A stretch of 26,090 nucleotides of DNA. Origin: Bacteroides sp. GTDB lineage: Bacteria > Bacteroidota > Bacteroidia > G022818785. Under the pieces are notes generated by a model. The model did not search any database. It worked only from the letters and a program-made list of their open reading frames with translations, and was not told the origin of the DNA. Shown here in pieces: positions 9,702-19,717 of the stretch. The DNA lies in contig CP063811.1 in NCBI GenBank assembly GCA_022818785.1, positions 174,944-201,033 of the forward strand. The letters run 5' to 3'. Positions within the stretch are counted from its first letter, which is position 1, and every line of letters begins with the position of its first letter. The translations under genes and the position numbers were made by a program.

Positions 9702-12113
9702 ATGAAAATATTGCATTTTGATTCTGATTATATTTCGAATAATAAAAGTATTAAAAACTTTATCGAAGAAATTGATTCTATTTTTAGATTTAAAAGTTAT
9801 TCTATAATAATTATATTTTCTAATTTTAATCTATCAAATATAAGTATTAAAAATATATATAAATTTTTACTTAATAAAAATGATATATATATATATACTA
9901 TTAATAATTTGGAAAAATATTATATTAATGTAATAGAAAAATTTATACCTGTAATATATCAATCAATTGTTATAGCTCAAATTAAAATAATACTTAATAA
10001 AGTATTAGATATAGCAAATATTATTTATTCTCTAGAAGAGATTAATAAATCATTATTTGATAAGATAAGACAAAATATAAATCATATAGATGTTCTATTG
10101 ATACATTATATACTGCTGCATAAAAAAATACATAATGAATATTTAAATATATTATCTAATAAAATATATAAAAAAGATTTAATTATTGATTTTATTAGAA
10201 AAACAAGCAAAAAGAAAATATATATAATACCTGGTATATCAGAATTTGATTACAATAATAATAACAATATTTTATCTTTACAAGATAAAGCAAATTATAA
10301 ATTATCTAAATTAATATGTAAATATATTGATATCAGTTCTATTAATTTTTATAAGAAATATTATGTTAATTTTATAAAAATTTCAAATGATAATAATGAT
10401 ATTATAAATATAAATCATAATATACATAATAGTATTATTAATAATGTTTTTATAGATATAAACTATTTATCTCTATGTAATGATTTAAATAAATATAGAA
10501 TACCATTTCAAATACACAATAAATTTTTTAAACAAATTATTAAAATAAATGGTAATATTGAATCTAATGAAAATTTTGATTCATTATTTATAGAACGTAT
10601 TGTATCTTTTATAAAATTTAAAATAAATGGTTCTTATCAAGAAATAAAAAAATACGTATATGATATTGATGAAAAATATAACATTAATATTTATAAATCA
10701 TTATATGATGAAAATTATTATTATATACAATCAAATCCAAAAAATTCTAGATTAATATTTAATTTTTTAAAAAAATTAAATATTAAATATATTTCGGATA
10801 TAAGTATAATTAAAAATACAGAGTTTTTATTTGTAGTAAAAAATTTTAATAAATTAAATAAAAATGATTTTATTGCATTTTGTAAAAAAATGAAAATAAA
10901 AATTAATGATATTATACAAAATACAATAGATAATAATGTTTCTATATTATTACCTAATAATATAGATTATAATACAATAGATAAAATTAAAAGATTTCTT
11001 CATAGAAGAATAGACAATTATTATACAAAAAAAATAGCTATATATATAGTTGGTATCGGTCTTATTGGCTCAAAATTAATTGATTTATTAAAATTAAATA
11101 AAAACAATTTATATTCAAGAGATAATATTCAACTAAATTTAGTCGGTATAACTAATAGTAAAAATATGATTATTAGCAATAATAATTGTTTGATTGATAA
11201 TTTTGAACAAAAAAGTGATATAATATCATTATTAAATGATACAAAATTAAATATTAATACTTTTATTGAAAGTATGATTAGCAATAAAGAAAAATTTAGT
11301 AATAGTATTTTTATAGATTGTACATCTGATGCTAATATTATTCATAATTATAAACATATTTTAGATAATAAAATATCTATAGTTACTCCTAATAAAAATG
11401 GAAACTCTTCATTATATTCTATATATAAACAAATACATGAAACAGTTCATAAATTAAATAATAAAGCCAGTTTTTTATATGAAACAACTGTTGGTGCAGG
11501 ATTACCAATTATTAGTACATTAAAAGCTTTAATAAAAGTTAATGATCCTATTATTAAAATTGAAGCTGTTTTGTCAGGAACCATTAGTTATATCATAAAT
11601 ATATTAAGTAATAAAATAAAATTTAGTGAAGCAGTTAAAATAGCTCATGAAAAAGGATATAGTGAACCTAATCCTAAAGATGATTTAACAGGGTTAGATG
11701 TTGCACGTAAAATACTAATTTTAGCTAGAGAGATAGGTATGGAAATTGAGTTATCAGATATTGATTTGCAACCACTTATTACAGAAGAATGTATAAAGTC
11801 TAGTGGGTTAGAAAATTTTTTTCATTGTTTAAAAAAAATGGATGATTTTTACCATAAAAAATATACACAAGCAATCAATAATAACTTAAAATTGCGTTAT
11901 ATAGCTGTTTTAGAAAAAAATAAAGTATATGTTAAATTAACATATGTTAATAATGATCACCCATTTTTTAATTTATCAGGTAGTGATAATATAATTTTAT
12001 TTAAAACACAAACCTATAATAATAATCCCATAATAATTAGAGGACCTGGTGCTGGTGCTGATGTTACTTCTTTAGGTATTTTGTCGGATATTTTGCAAAT
12101 AAGTAATAAATAA
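9702..12113 (+). CDS. thrA: Bifunctional aspartokinase/homoserine dehydrogenase; HSD domain intact, aspartokinase domain degenerate
   Basis: C-terminal HSD motifs: GIGLIG, IDCTS, VTPNK, YETTVGAGLPII, LSGTISYI, GYSEPNPKDDLTGLDVARK, GPGAGADVT. Length about 800 aa, upstream of thrB-thrC. ATG 9702 (MKILHF...) matches the usual MKVLKF start better than TTG 9687. Confidence 0.9.
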   Translation: MKILHFDSDYISNNKSIKNFIEEIDSIFRFKSYSIIIIFSNFNLSNISIKNIYKFLLNKNDIYIYTINNLEKYYINVIEKFIPVIYQSIVIAQIKIILNKVLDIANIIYSLEEINKSLFDKIRQNINHIDVLLIHYILLHKKIHNEYLNILSNKIYKKDLIIDFIRKTSKKKIYIIPGISEFDYNNNNNILSLQDKANYKLSKLICKYIDISSINFYKKYYVNFIKISNDNNDIININHNIHNSIINNVFIDINYLSLCNDLNKYRIPFQIHNKFFKQIIKINGNIESNENFDSLFIERIVSFIKFKINGSYQEIKKYVYDIDEKYNINIYKSLYDENYYYIQSNPKNSRLIFNFLKKLNIKYISDISIIKNTEFLFVVKNFNKLNKNDFIAFCKKMKIKINDIIQNTIDNNVSILLPNNIDYNTIDKIKRFLHRRIDNYYTKKIAIYIVGIGLIGSKLIDLLKLNKNNLYSRDNIQLNLVGITNSKNMIISNNNCLIDNFEQKSDIISLLNDTKLNINTFIESMISNKEKFSNSIFIDCTSDANIIHNYKHILDNKISIVTPNKNGNSSLYSIYKQIHETVHKLNNKASFLYETTVGAGLPIISTLKALIKVNDPIIKIEAVLSGTISYIINILSNKIKFSEAVKIAHEKGYSEPNPKDDLTGLDVARKILILAREIGMEIELSDIDLQPLITEECIKSSGLENFFHCLKKMDDFYHKKYTQAINNNLKLRYIAVLEKNKVYVKLTYVNNDHPFFNLSGSDNIILFKTQTYNNNPIIIRGPGAGADVTSLGILSDILQISNK

Positions 12114-12119
12114 TTATAT

Positions 12120-13076
12120 ATGTTTAAAAATGATTCAGTAAAAGTTTTTGCTCCAGCTACAATTGCAAATTTTTCATGTGGTTTTGATATAATTGGTTTT
12201 GCAATTGATGATATAGGAGATACAGTAGAGGCTACTATAAAATCTGTAAATTATAAAGGAAATAATAATATTATAATAAGTAATATAACTGGAGATGATA
12301 ATGTTTTATCTTATGATCCTTTAAAAAACACTGCTGGTATAACTGCAAAAAATTTTTTAAAATATTTAAATATTAACAATATTCAAATAGAATTAAAGAT
12401 AAAAAAAAACATGCCTATTTGTAGTGGTTTAGGATCTAGTGCAGCTAGTGCTGTAGCAGCTATTAAAGCAATTAATTATTTGTTGAATACCAATGTAAGT
12501 TATGAAAATATGATTCCAATATTAATGGAATCAGAAAAAGTTATATCAGGGAAAAATCATGCAGATAATGTGGCTCCATCATTAATGGGTGGTATAACTA
12601 TTATTAGAAGTTACAATCCATTAGATATTATACCAATAAAATGTCCAATTAAAATTAATTGTGTGATTGTATATCCATTAAATTTAGATTTACCAACTTA
12701 TTATTCTAGAAAAATATTGAAAGATTATTATCCTTTAAAAGATATAGTAAATCAATTAGGGAATTTAGCTTCATTAATTGTAGGATTGATGAAAGGTGAT
12801 ATAAACATAATATGTAAATCTATGAATGATTTTATTATAGAACCCGCAAGATCTCTTTTAATTCCTGGATATAATAATATTAAAAAAAATGCCATTGATA
12901 ATGGAGCTTTAGGATTTAGTATATGTGGATCTGGTCCTTCAGTATTTGCTATTGGTATTGATAATATTAAAAAAATAGGCCAATCCATTCAAAAAGGATT
13001 TTTAAAAAAAAATATTAAAACTAAAATGTTAATTTCTAATATTAATAATAAAGGTGCTAAAATATTGGTATCATAA
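12120..13076 (+). CDS. thrB: Homoserine kinase
   Basis: APATIANFSCGFDIIG, GHMP motif PICSGLGSSAAS, HADNVAPSLMGG, ICGSGPSVFA. Confidence 0.96.
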   Translation: MFKNDSVKVFAPATIANFSCGFDIIGFAIDDIGDTVEATIKSVNYKGNNNIIISNITGDDNVLSYDPLKNTAGITAKNFLKYLNINNIQIELKIKKNMPICSGLGSSAASAVAAIKAINYLLNTNVSYENMIPILMESEKVISGKNHADNVAPSLMGGITIIRSYNPLDIIPIKCPIKINCVIVYPLNLDLPTYYSRKILKDYYPLKDIVNQLGNLASLIVGLMKGDINIICKSMNDFIIEPARSLLIPGYNNIKKNAIDNGALGFSICGSGPSVFAIGIDNIKKIGQSIQKGFLKKNIKTKMLISNINNKGAKILVS

Positions 13077-13087
13077 ATATTCTTATA

Positions 13088-14401
13088 ATGATAAAATTTG
13101 TTAGTATATATAAAAAGAATCAAGATGTAAAATATTCTTTTAAAGAAGCTGTTCTAAATCCTTTAGGACCTGATAATGAACTTTTAATACCAGAAATAAT
13201 TCATAAAATAGATCATGAATTTATATCTAAAATTGATAAATACAATTTACAGGAAATATTTTTATATATTTCTAATATATTTTTAGATGGATCTATACCA
13301 TATTACGATCTTAAAAAGATAATAAATAATTCTATTAATTTTCCATTAAATTTAAAAAAATTAGATAAAAATTTGTTTTGTTTTGAATTGTTTCATGGTC
13401 CTACATTAGCATTTAAAGATTTTGGAGCAAGATTTTTAGCAAAAATAATATCATATTTAAACAATGATTGTATTACAACTATAGTATCTGCTACTTCTGG
13501 AGACACTGGTAGTGCAGTGGCAGATGGATTCTATCAATTAAAAAACACTCAAGTTTTTTTATTATATCCTAGTAATAAAATAAGCTTCATACAAGAAAAG
13601 CAATTAACTACTTTAAATGAAAATATTCATGCGATAGAAGTTGATGGTACATTTGATGATTGTCAGGCAATGTTAAAAGGAATATTGAAAGATAAGCAAT
13701 TAACTAACAAATATAATATAACAACTGCAAATTCAATTAATATAGCAAGAATTTTACCTCAAGTGTGTTATTATTTTTATGCTTATTCTTTAATAAAAGA
13801 TAAATCAAAAGATATAGTAATATCGATTCCTAGTGGAAATTATGGAAATTTAACAGCTGGTATTATGGCATATAAGATGGGATTACCTATAAAAAAATTT
13901 ATAGCTTCTTCAAATATTAATGATGTAGTACCTATTTATCTTAGAACTGGCAATTTTATACCTAAAAAATCTCAATTAACTATTAGTAATGCTATGGATG
14001 TTGGAAATCCAAGTAATTTTATAAGAATAATAGATTTATTTAATTATAACTTAGATGAAATTAAAAAAGTTATTAATGGATATTCTTTTACAGATTTAGA
14101 AACTATAAAGGCAATTAAATTTGTATATAAAAAATACAAATATATATTAGATCCTCATAGTTCTATAGGATTTCTAGGATTAGAAAAATATAATAACATT
14201 GGAAATTATAATATTAATAATATATTTTTTTCTACAGCTCATTATTCTAAATTTAAAGATTTAATTGATAATTATTTAAATATAAAAATTGAAATTCCTG
14301 AAAGACTTTTAAAATGTATTAATAAAGAAAAAAAATCTATTAAAATAGATACTAATATAGCATCATTTATAAATGCTATAAAGAAAATTAGTATTATATG
14401 A
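13088..14401 (+). CDS. thrC: Threonine synthase
   Basis: ELFHGPTLAFKDFG (PLP lysine), ATSGDTG, GTFDDCQ, ANSINIAR, PSGNYGN, SNAMDVGNPSN. Confidence 0.96.
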   Translation: MIKFVSIYKKNQDVKYSFKEAVLNPLGPDNELLIPEIIHKIDHEFISKIDKYNLQEIFLYISNIFLDGSIPYYDLKKIINNSINFPLNLKKLDKNLFCFELFHGPTLAFKDFGARFLAKIISYLNNDCITTIVSATSGDTGSAVADGFYQLKNTQVFLLYPSNKISFIQEKQLTTLNENIHAIEVDGTFDDCQAMLKGILKDKQLTNKYNITTANSINIARILPQVCYYFYAYSLIKDKSKDIVISIPSGNYGNLTAGIMAYKMGLPIKKFIASSNINDVVPIYLRTGNFIPKKSQLTISNAMDVGNPSNFIRIIDLFNYNLDEIKKVINGYSFTDLETIKAIKFVYKKYKYILDPHSSIGFLGLEKYNNIGNYNINNIFFSTAHYSKFKDLIDNYLNIKIEIPERLLKCINKEKKSIKIDTNIASFINAIKKISII

Positions 14402-14883
14402 ACAAAATTATATTAGGTATTGACCCTGGAACATATATAATGGGATATGGTTTAATTGAATCATACAGTGATAAAATTCAATATATTAAATGCGGGTATT
14501 GGAGTTTTCAAAAAAAACATAACATATATATCAGAGTACAAAATATATATATAAACGTAAAAAATATTATAAAAGAATATAATCCTTGTTCTATTGCAAT
14601 TGAAAGCCCCTTTTATGGGAAAAATGTTAAAGTAACTAGTACTTTAAATATGGTTTTAGGCGCTGTTATAGCAGCTTCAGTATATTCTAAATCTGAAATA
14701 TTTCAATATAGTCCTACTGCTATTAAGCAATCGATAACAGGGAACGGTAAATCTAATAAATTGCATGTAAAATATATATTGCAAAATATTATTAATGTAA
14801 ATATTTTGTCAAAATTAGATTCTACAGATGCATTAGCTACAGCAGTTTGCCATCATATTAAAATGTGTAATAATTTTATATAA
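14398..14883 (+). CDS. ruvC: Holliday junction resolvase RuvC
   Basis: ILGIDPG, IAIESPF, YSPTAIKQSITGNGKSNK, DSTDALATAVCH; acidic catalytic residues retained. Confidence 0.94.
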   Translation: MNKIILGIDPGTYIMGYGLIESYSDKIQYIKCGYWSFQKKHNIYIRVQNIYINVKNIIKEYNPCSIAIESPFYGKNVKVTSTLNMVLGAVIAASVYSKSEIFQYSPTAIKQSITGNGKSNKLHVKYILQNIINVNILSKLDSTDALATAVCHHIKMCNNFI

Positions 14884-14885
14884 TT

Positions 14886-16592
14886 TTATATTTTATGACA
14901 AATATCACAATTATTACATTTAAAAAAATTTTGATTATATAGATATAAGTTTATATGATGTCTTCTACAGATATTGCTTGTAATATATTTATTAATATTT
15001 TTTAATTCATTAATTGACTTTATTTTTAATTTATTATATATATCATCAATATGTGATATATATAATTTATATTTTAATATCTTATATATTATTTCAATAT
15101 TTCCTATTTTATTAAAATTTATATATTTGATTATATTTTGATCTTTTAAAGATTTTAATGATTGTAGTAAAAAATCTTTTTGTATTGAAAAATATTTTGA
15201 TATTTTTTTTTCATCAAAAAAAACATATTCATAAAATATTTTACCGCCATAATATCTAACTATATAATCAATAATTTTTCTATGTTTATGTTTTTTTAAT
15301 AAAATGTTTAATAGATAATTATAATTTACCACTATTTTAATTTTAAAAAATGAATAATCTATAATTTTATAGGATATCAAACCCTCTCTTATTAAGATAT
15401 TGATAGTGTTTAGCACTTTATATTCATTTAAGCTATATTTCATAGCAAAATCTTTCAATACAAAATTGTACGCTGAATTATTATTTAAATAAATGTTATT
15501 ATTCAAATAATAATTTAAATAATTATATATTTTAATATGACTATATTTATTGTCAATAAAAAATGTATTATTAATATTATTTTTTCTTTCTAAGAAATCT
15601 ATATTTTCATATAATAAAATTGCAAATGATTTTTTACTATTATTTCTTAATATATCAATTGTATAAACATAATATAACATTGTATATGGAAAATCATAAT
15701 ATATCAAAAATTGAATATTTTTTTTATCAATATTAATACTAAAAGGATTATTAGATATTATAATTTTTACATAATCATAATACCATTTTCTATAAATAGA
15801 AAATTTTTTTTTTATATCATATTCAAAATCATAATACAAATTATTAATATTATTGTTTGTTAAAAATTCGCTAATTATTTTTGATTTTGTTTTTGTATCA
15901 GTATATATTATTCCGCTTCCATTTAATCTATTACATAATTTTAATATAATATCTAATTTTTTGTTAGTTTGTATTACTTTTATATAAGTATTATTTTTTA
16001 CCTTATCTTCAATAAATATATATGGATTATTCAAATTAATATTATGTCCTATTTCTTTAGCTATATCTAAATTAACATTAGAAGATAAGGCAAGTATAGG
16101 AATTTTAGGCAAAATACTTTTCAATATATATAAATTTTTATATATAGGTTTATATATATTTGACCATTCAATTATATAATGCGCTTCATCTATTATAATG
16201 AGATTTGATCTTATTTTTTTTATAAATTGTATTGTATTTTCATCGTATAAAATATAAGGAGATATATAAATAATTTTATTTTTTCCATTCAAAATATTAT
16301 TTCTAATAAAATCATTATTATTCTCTTTATAGAGATAAATGTAATTTTCGTTATTTAATTTATTAAATCTTGATTGTATATATAAATCCAAACAAGTAAT
16401 TATTATACAAATTCCATCTTCAAAAATATTAAAAATTTTATAGTATATATATTTATTATTACAATCATTTGATGATACTGATATAGTATCCTTTTTTTCT
16501 AATATTATAGAATTGATAACTTTTTTTTGAAATATATTAACTCTATAATAACTATAATATTGATATAAAATATCATTTATATTTTTATTCAT
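14886..16592 (-). CDS. recQ: RecQ-family helicase, catalytically degenerate
   Basis: YISPY, IIIDEAHYIIEW, PILALSS, GSGIIY, NIDKKNIQF and C-terminal Zn module CRR...CNNCDIC. Walker A and motif VI are unrecognisable. Confidence 0.82.
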   Translation of the reverse strand: MNKNINDILYQYYSYYRVNIFQKKVINSIILEKKDTISVSSNDCNNKYIYYKIFNIFEDGICIIITCLDLYIQSRFNKLNNENYIYLYKENNNDFIRNNILNGKNKIIYISPYILYDENTIQFIKKIRSNLIIIDEAHYIIEWSNIYKPIYKNLYILKSILPKIPILALSSNVNLDIAKEIGHNINLNNPYIFIEDKVKNNTYIKVIQTNKKLDIILKLCNRLNGSGIIYTDTKTKSKIISEFLTNNNINNLYYDFEYDIKKKFSIYRKWYYDYVKIIISNNPFSINIDKKNIQFLIYYDFPYTMLYYVYTIDILRNNSKKSFAILLYENIDFLERKNNINNTFFIDNKYSHIKIYNYLNYYLNNNIYLNNNSAYNFVLKDFAMKYSLNEYKVLNTINILIREGLISYKIIDYSFFKIKIVVNYNYLLNILLKKHKHRKIIDYIVRYYGGKIFYEYVFFDEKKISKYFSIQKDFLLQSLKSLKDQNIIKYINFNKIGNIEIIYKILKYKLYISHIDDIYNKLKIKSINELKNINKYITSNICRRHHINLYLYNQNFFKCNNCDICHKI

Positions 16593-17515
16593 TATCTATT
16601 TTTATAATATCCAATTATAAAATTTTTAATATTCATTTTTTTTCTACCTGATATTTGTAGTTCAACAATATTAATATATCCGTCTAAAGAAGCTATTTTG
16701 ATAAAATTTTTATAGTCAGTATTAATAGTACCTGGTTTTATATAGTGCTTTACAATATTATAATCTGCTTTAAATATTTTCATTATTGTATTTTCAAAGA
16801 TAGTCCTAGCTCCAGGATACATACTTAATCCATTAATAAAATGGATAATATTTTTACAATTACTATTCCAATTAATCCAGCAATCTTTAGGAAATATTTT
16901 AGGTGCAATAAAATTTATATCATTTTTTTTGCAAAATGATTGTTGGATACCCTTAAAATTATCATGATATATTTTATTGATAGATTTAACAATTAAATTT
17001 GCTCCTAAATATTTTAATTTTTCATATAAAGTACTGTAATTATCATATTTGCTAATTTCAATATTTATTTGAGAAATTATATCTCCTTGATCAATTTTAT
17101 TATTTATAAAAAATGTTGTCAATCCAGTATTTTTTTCTCCATTAATTATAGCCCAATTTATAGGTGCTGCACCTCTATATTTAGGTAATAAAGAGGGATG
17201 TAAATTGATAGAACCTTTTTTAGGTATTTGAAATATAATAGAAGGCAATATTTCAAATGAAATTACAATAAATATATCCGGCCTAAGATGTTTCAATTGA
17301 TTTATTAAAGAATAATTGAAATTTAAATATTCGTAAGTTATAAAATTAATGTTTTTATCATCACAATATTTTTTGATTATTCTATAAAAACTATTTTTAG
17401 TATTAAATTTAGAATTTTTTTTAGTTAATAGTCCAACAATATTATATTGCTGTTTATATAAAATATCTAAAGATGGAATTGCAAAATCAGAATTGCACAT
17501 AAATACTATATTCAT
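16592..17515 (-). CDS. fmt: Methionyl-tRNA formyltransferase
   Basis: IVFM..DFAIPSL, INLHPSLLPKYRGAAPINWAIINGE, IDQGDII, GLSMYPGA, LQISGRKKM. Confidence 0.95.
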   Translation of the reverse strand: MNIVFMCNSDFAIPSLDILYKQQYNIVGLLTKKNSKFNTKNSFYRIIKKYCDDKNINFITYEYLNFNYSLINQLKHLRPDIFIVISFEILPSIIFQIPKKGSINLHPSLLPKYRGAAPINWAIINGEKNTGLTTFFINNKIDQGDIISQINIEISKYDNYSTLYEKLKYLGANLIVKSINKIYHDNFKGIQQSFCKKNDINFIAPKIFPKDCWINWNSNCKNIIHFINGLSMYPGARTIFENTIMKIFKADYNIVKHYIKPGTINTDYKNFIKIASLDGYINIVELQISGRKKMNIKNFIIGYYKNR

Positions 17516-17526
17516 TTAATAAAAAA

Positions 17527-18804
17527 TTATTTAATTATGCATATACTACAACATTTTTTACCTTTTTTTATAAAAAAGTATTTTCCCTTAAATGCCATTT
17601 TAATATTAATAACAAATTTATAATTATCTATTAAAATATTATTTATGTAAATAGATTTATTATTAATAAGTTTTTTAAATTCTGATTTAGTATTTTTAAT
17701 ATCCGTATGTAAAAATAAAAAATTAAGCACATCTATATTATTATTAATAATATCATATGGTATATAATTATCGAAAATTTCTTTAAATATTGGTATTGTT
17801 TTTTCACAAAAAATTTCTTTTAAATCTGTATGTTTTGAAAATAATAGATTAGAAATATATCTAATATTTTGATATTCAATATCAGAGTGCAAATATTTTA
17901 TTAAAATTTCAGATAATTTTAATTGAATTATCTTTTTTTGTGGTGATTTTGAACTTATATAGCTTAAATTATCAATTTCTTCTTTAGATAAAAAGGTCAT
18001 CATTTTTATACATTTTAAAGCTGTAATGTCATCTATGTTAATCCAATATTGATAAAAATTATAAATTGATGTTTTAGTTTTATCTAACCAAATAATATCA
18101 TTACTATCTGTTTTACCAATTTTTTTATTAGAAGAATCTGTTAAAATATTAGTTGTAATGCCAAAAACAGGATTTTTATATATTTTTTTAATTATATCTA
18201 TACCTGTAGTTATATTTCCCCACTGATCTGATCCTCCTATTTGAAGAATACAATTATATTCCTTATATAGGAAAACAAAATCATATCCTTGTATTAATTG
18301 ATATGTAAATTCTGTAAAAGATAGACCATATTTCATTCTATCTTTTACAGAATTTTTTGCAATCATATAATTAATATTTATATTTTTTCCTATATCTCTA
18401 ATAAAATCAATCAATTTATAATTTTTCATCCAATCATTATTATATACAATCTTAATGTTATTATTATTAATTACATTAGAAAATATTTTGCGTATTTGAT
18501 GTACTATCTTAATTGTATTGTTCATAATACAATGATATTCCATTAATGGTCTTTCATGTTTTTTAAATGATGGATCTCCTATAATTCCTGTTGCATTCCC
18601 TATTAAAATGATAACATTATTATTTTGCTTAGCAAAATGCATTAAAGTTATCAATTGAATCATATGCCCAATATGAAGTGAATCAGCTGTAGGATCAATT
18701 CCAAGATATAATGTGATTTTTTTGTCTATAATTTTATTTGTATTATTTGAATAATTATTTAATATTCCTCTCCAAGATAATTCATTAATAATTTTTTGTA
18801 TCAT
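17527..18804 (-). CDS. tyrS: Tyrosine--tRNA ligase
   Basis: YLGIDPTADSLHIGH, ATGIIGDPS, EFTYQLIQGYD, QIGGSDQWGNI, KIGKT (KMSKS equivalent), C-terminal S4-like KKGKK. Confidence 0.97.
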   Translation of the reverse strand: MIQKIINELSWRGILNNYSNNTNKIIDKKITLYLGIDPTADSLHIGHMIQLITLMHFAKQNNNVIILIGNATGIIGDPSFKKHERPLMEYHCIMNNTIKIVHQIRKIFSNVINNNNIKIVYNNDWMKNYKLIDFIRDIGKNININYMIAKNSVKDRMKYGLSFTEFTYQLIQGYDFVFLYKEYNCILQIGGSDQWGNITTGIDIIKKIYKNPVFGITTNILTDSSNKKIGKTDSNDIIWLDKTKTSIYNFYQYWINIDDITALKCIKMMTFLSKEEIDNLSYISSKSPQKKIIQLKLSEILIKYLHSDIEYQNIRYISNLLFSKHTDLKEIFCEKTIPIFKEIFDNYIPYDIINNNIDVLNFLFLHTDIKNTKSEFKKLINNKSIYINNILIDNYKFVINIKMAFKGKYFFIKKGKKCCSICIIK

Positions 18805-18836
18805 TTTTAATTAATTTTTCCTTTATTATAATTATT

Positions 18837-18844
18837 CAAATATA
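18837..18844 (-). promoter_or_regulatory. Bacteroidota -7 element upstream of tyrS
   Basis: Plus-strand CAAATATA reads TATATTTG on the minus strand, 32 nt before the tyrS ATG. A TTTG (18861-18864) lies 16 nt further upstream, shorter than the usual 19-21 nt spacing. Confidence 0.4.
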
Positions 18845-18883
18845 AAATATATGATTTTATCAAAAAAATTGTTTTAAATAAAT

Positions 18884-19717
18884 ATGACAAATACTTTTAC
18901 TCAAAAAATACCTAGTATTATGGGTATTATCAATATAACAAGTAATTCCTATTGCTCAATAGGGAGAAGCTCTATTTTAAAAGAAATAATAAAAAGAATA
19001 GAAGAAATGATATCTAATAAAGTAGATATTATTGATATAGGTGCTTGCGCAACAAATCCTTATACAAATATAATATCATATGAAAATGAAAAAAAATATT
19101 TAAAACCAATATTGAAGTATATATACAATAATTTTTCTACAAAAATAATTTTTTCAATAGACACATTTAGATGGCAAATAGCTCAAATGGCAATAGATAG
19201 TGGATTTACTATTATAAATGATGTTTCAGGAGGTAATATGAATAAAAAAATTTTTGAAAATATTAAAAATTCCAATATACAATTTGTATTAATGTACATA
19301 AAAGATAGTATTTACAATGTTCATAAACATAGTATTTTATATAAAAAAAATTATATTTTAAATGACATAAATATTTATTTTAATAATAAAATATTAATGC
19401 TAAAAAATTGTGGACTTAATAAAATTATAATAGACCCTGGTATAGGATTTACAAAAAATTATATTTTTGATTTTGAAATTATTTCTAATCTTAATTTCTT
19501 TCAAAAATTTAATTTACCTATAATGGTAGGAATATCAAGAAAATCGATGATTAATAAAATATTGCAATATAAACCATATCAAAATACATTAAATGCAAGC
19601 ACTATAATGCATATGATATCCTTATTTAAAGGCGCTTCTATATTAAGAGTACATGATTTTAAAGAAGCTATGGAATGTAAAAATATTTTTTTAAAAATGT
19701 TACAATTTAAATTATAA
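18884..19717 (+). CDS. folP: Dihydropteroate synthase
   Basis: IMGIINIT, IIDIGA, SIDTFR, IINDVSGG, IIIDPGIGFTK, GISRKS, ILRVHD. Confidence 0.93.
   Translation: MTNTFTQKIPSIMGIINITSNSYCSIGRSSILKEIIKRIEEMISNKVDIIDIGACATNPYTNIISYENEKKYLKPILKYIYNNFSTKIIFSIDTFRWQIAQMAIDSGFTIINDVSGGNMNKKIFENIKNSNIQFVLMYIKDSIYNVHKHSILYKKNYILNDINIYFNNKILMLKNCGLNKIIIDPGIGFTKNYIFDFEIISNLNFFQKFNLPIMVGISRKSMINKILQYKPYQNTLNASTIMHMISLFKGASILRVHDFKEAMECKNIFLKMLQFKL

Noticed and set aside
10250-10270. AAT/AAC triplet run (poly-Asn), also near 1611-1627
   Set aside because: Low-complexity product of AT bias, not a repeat element.
12752-12988. 78-aa minus-strand ORF
   Set aside because: Antisense shadow of thrB.
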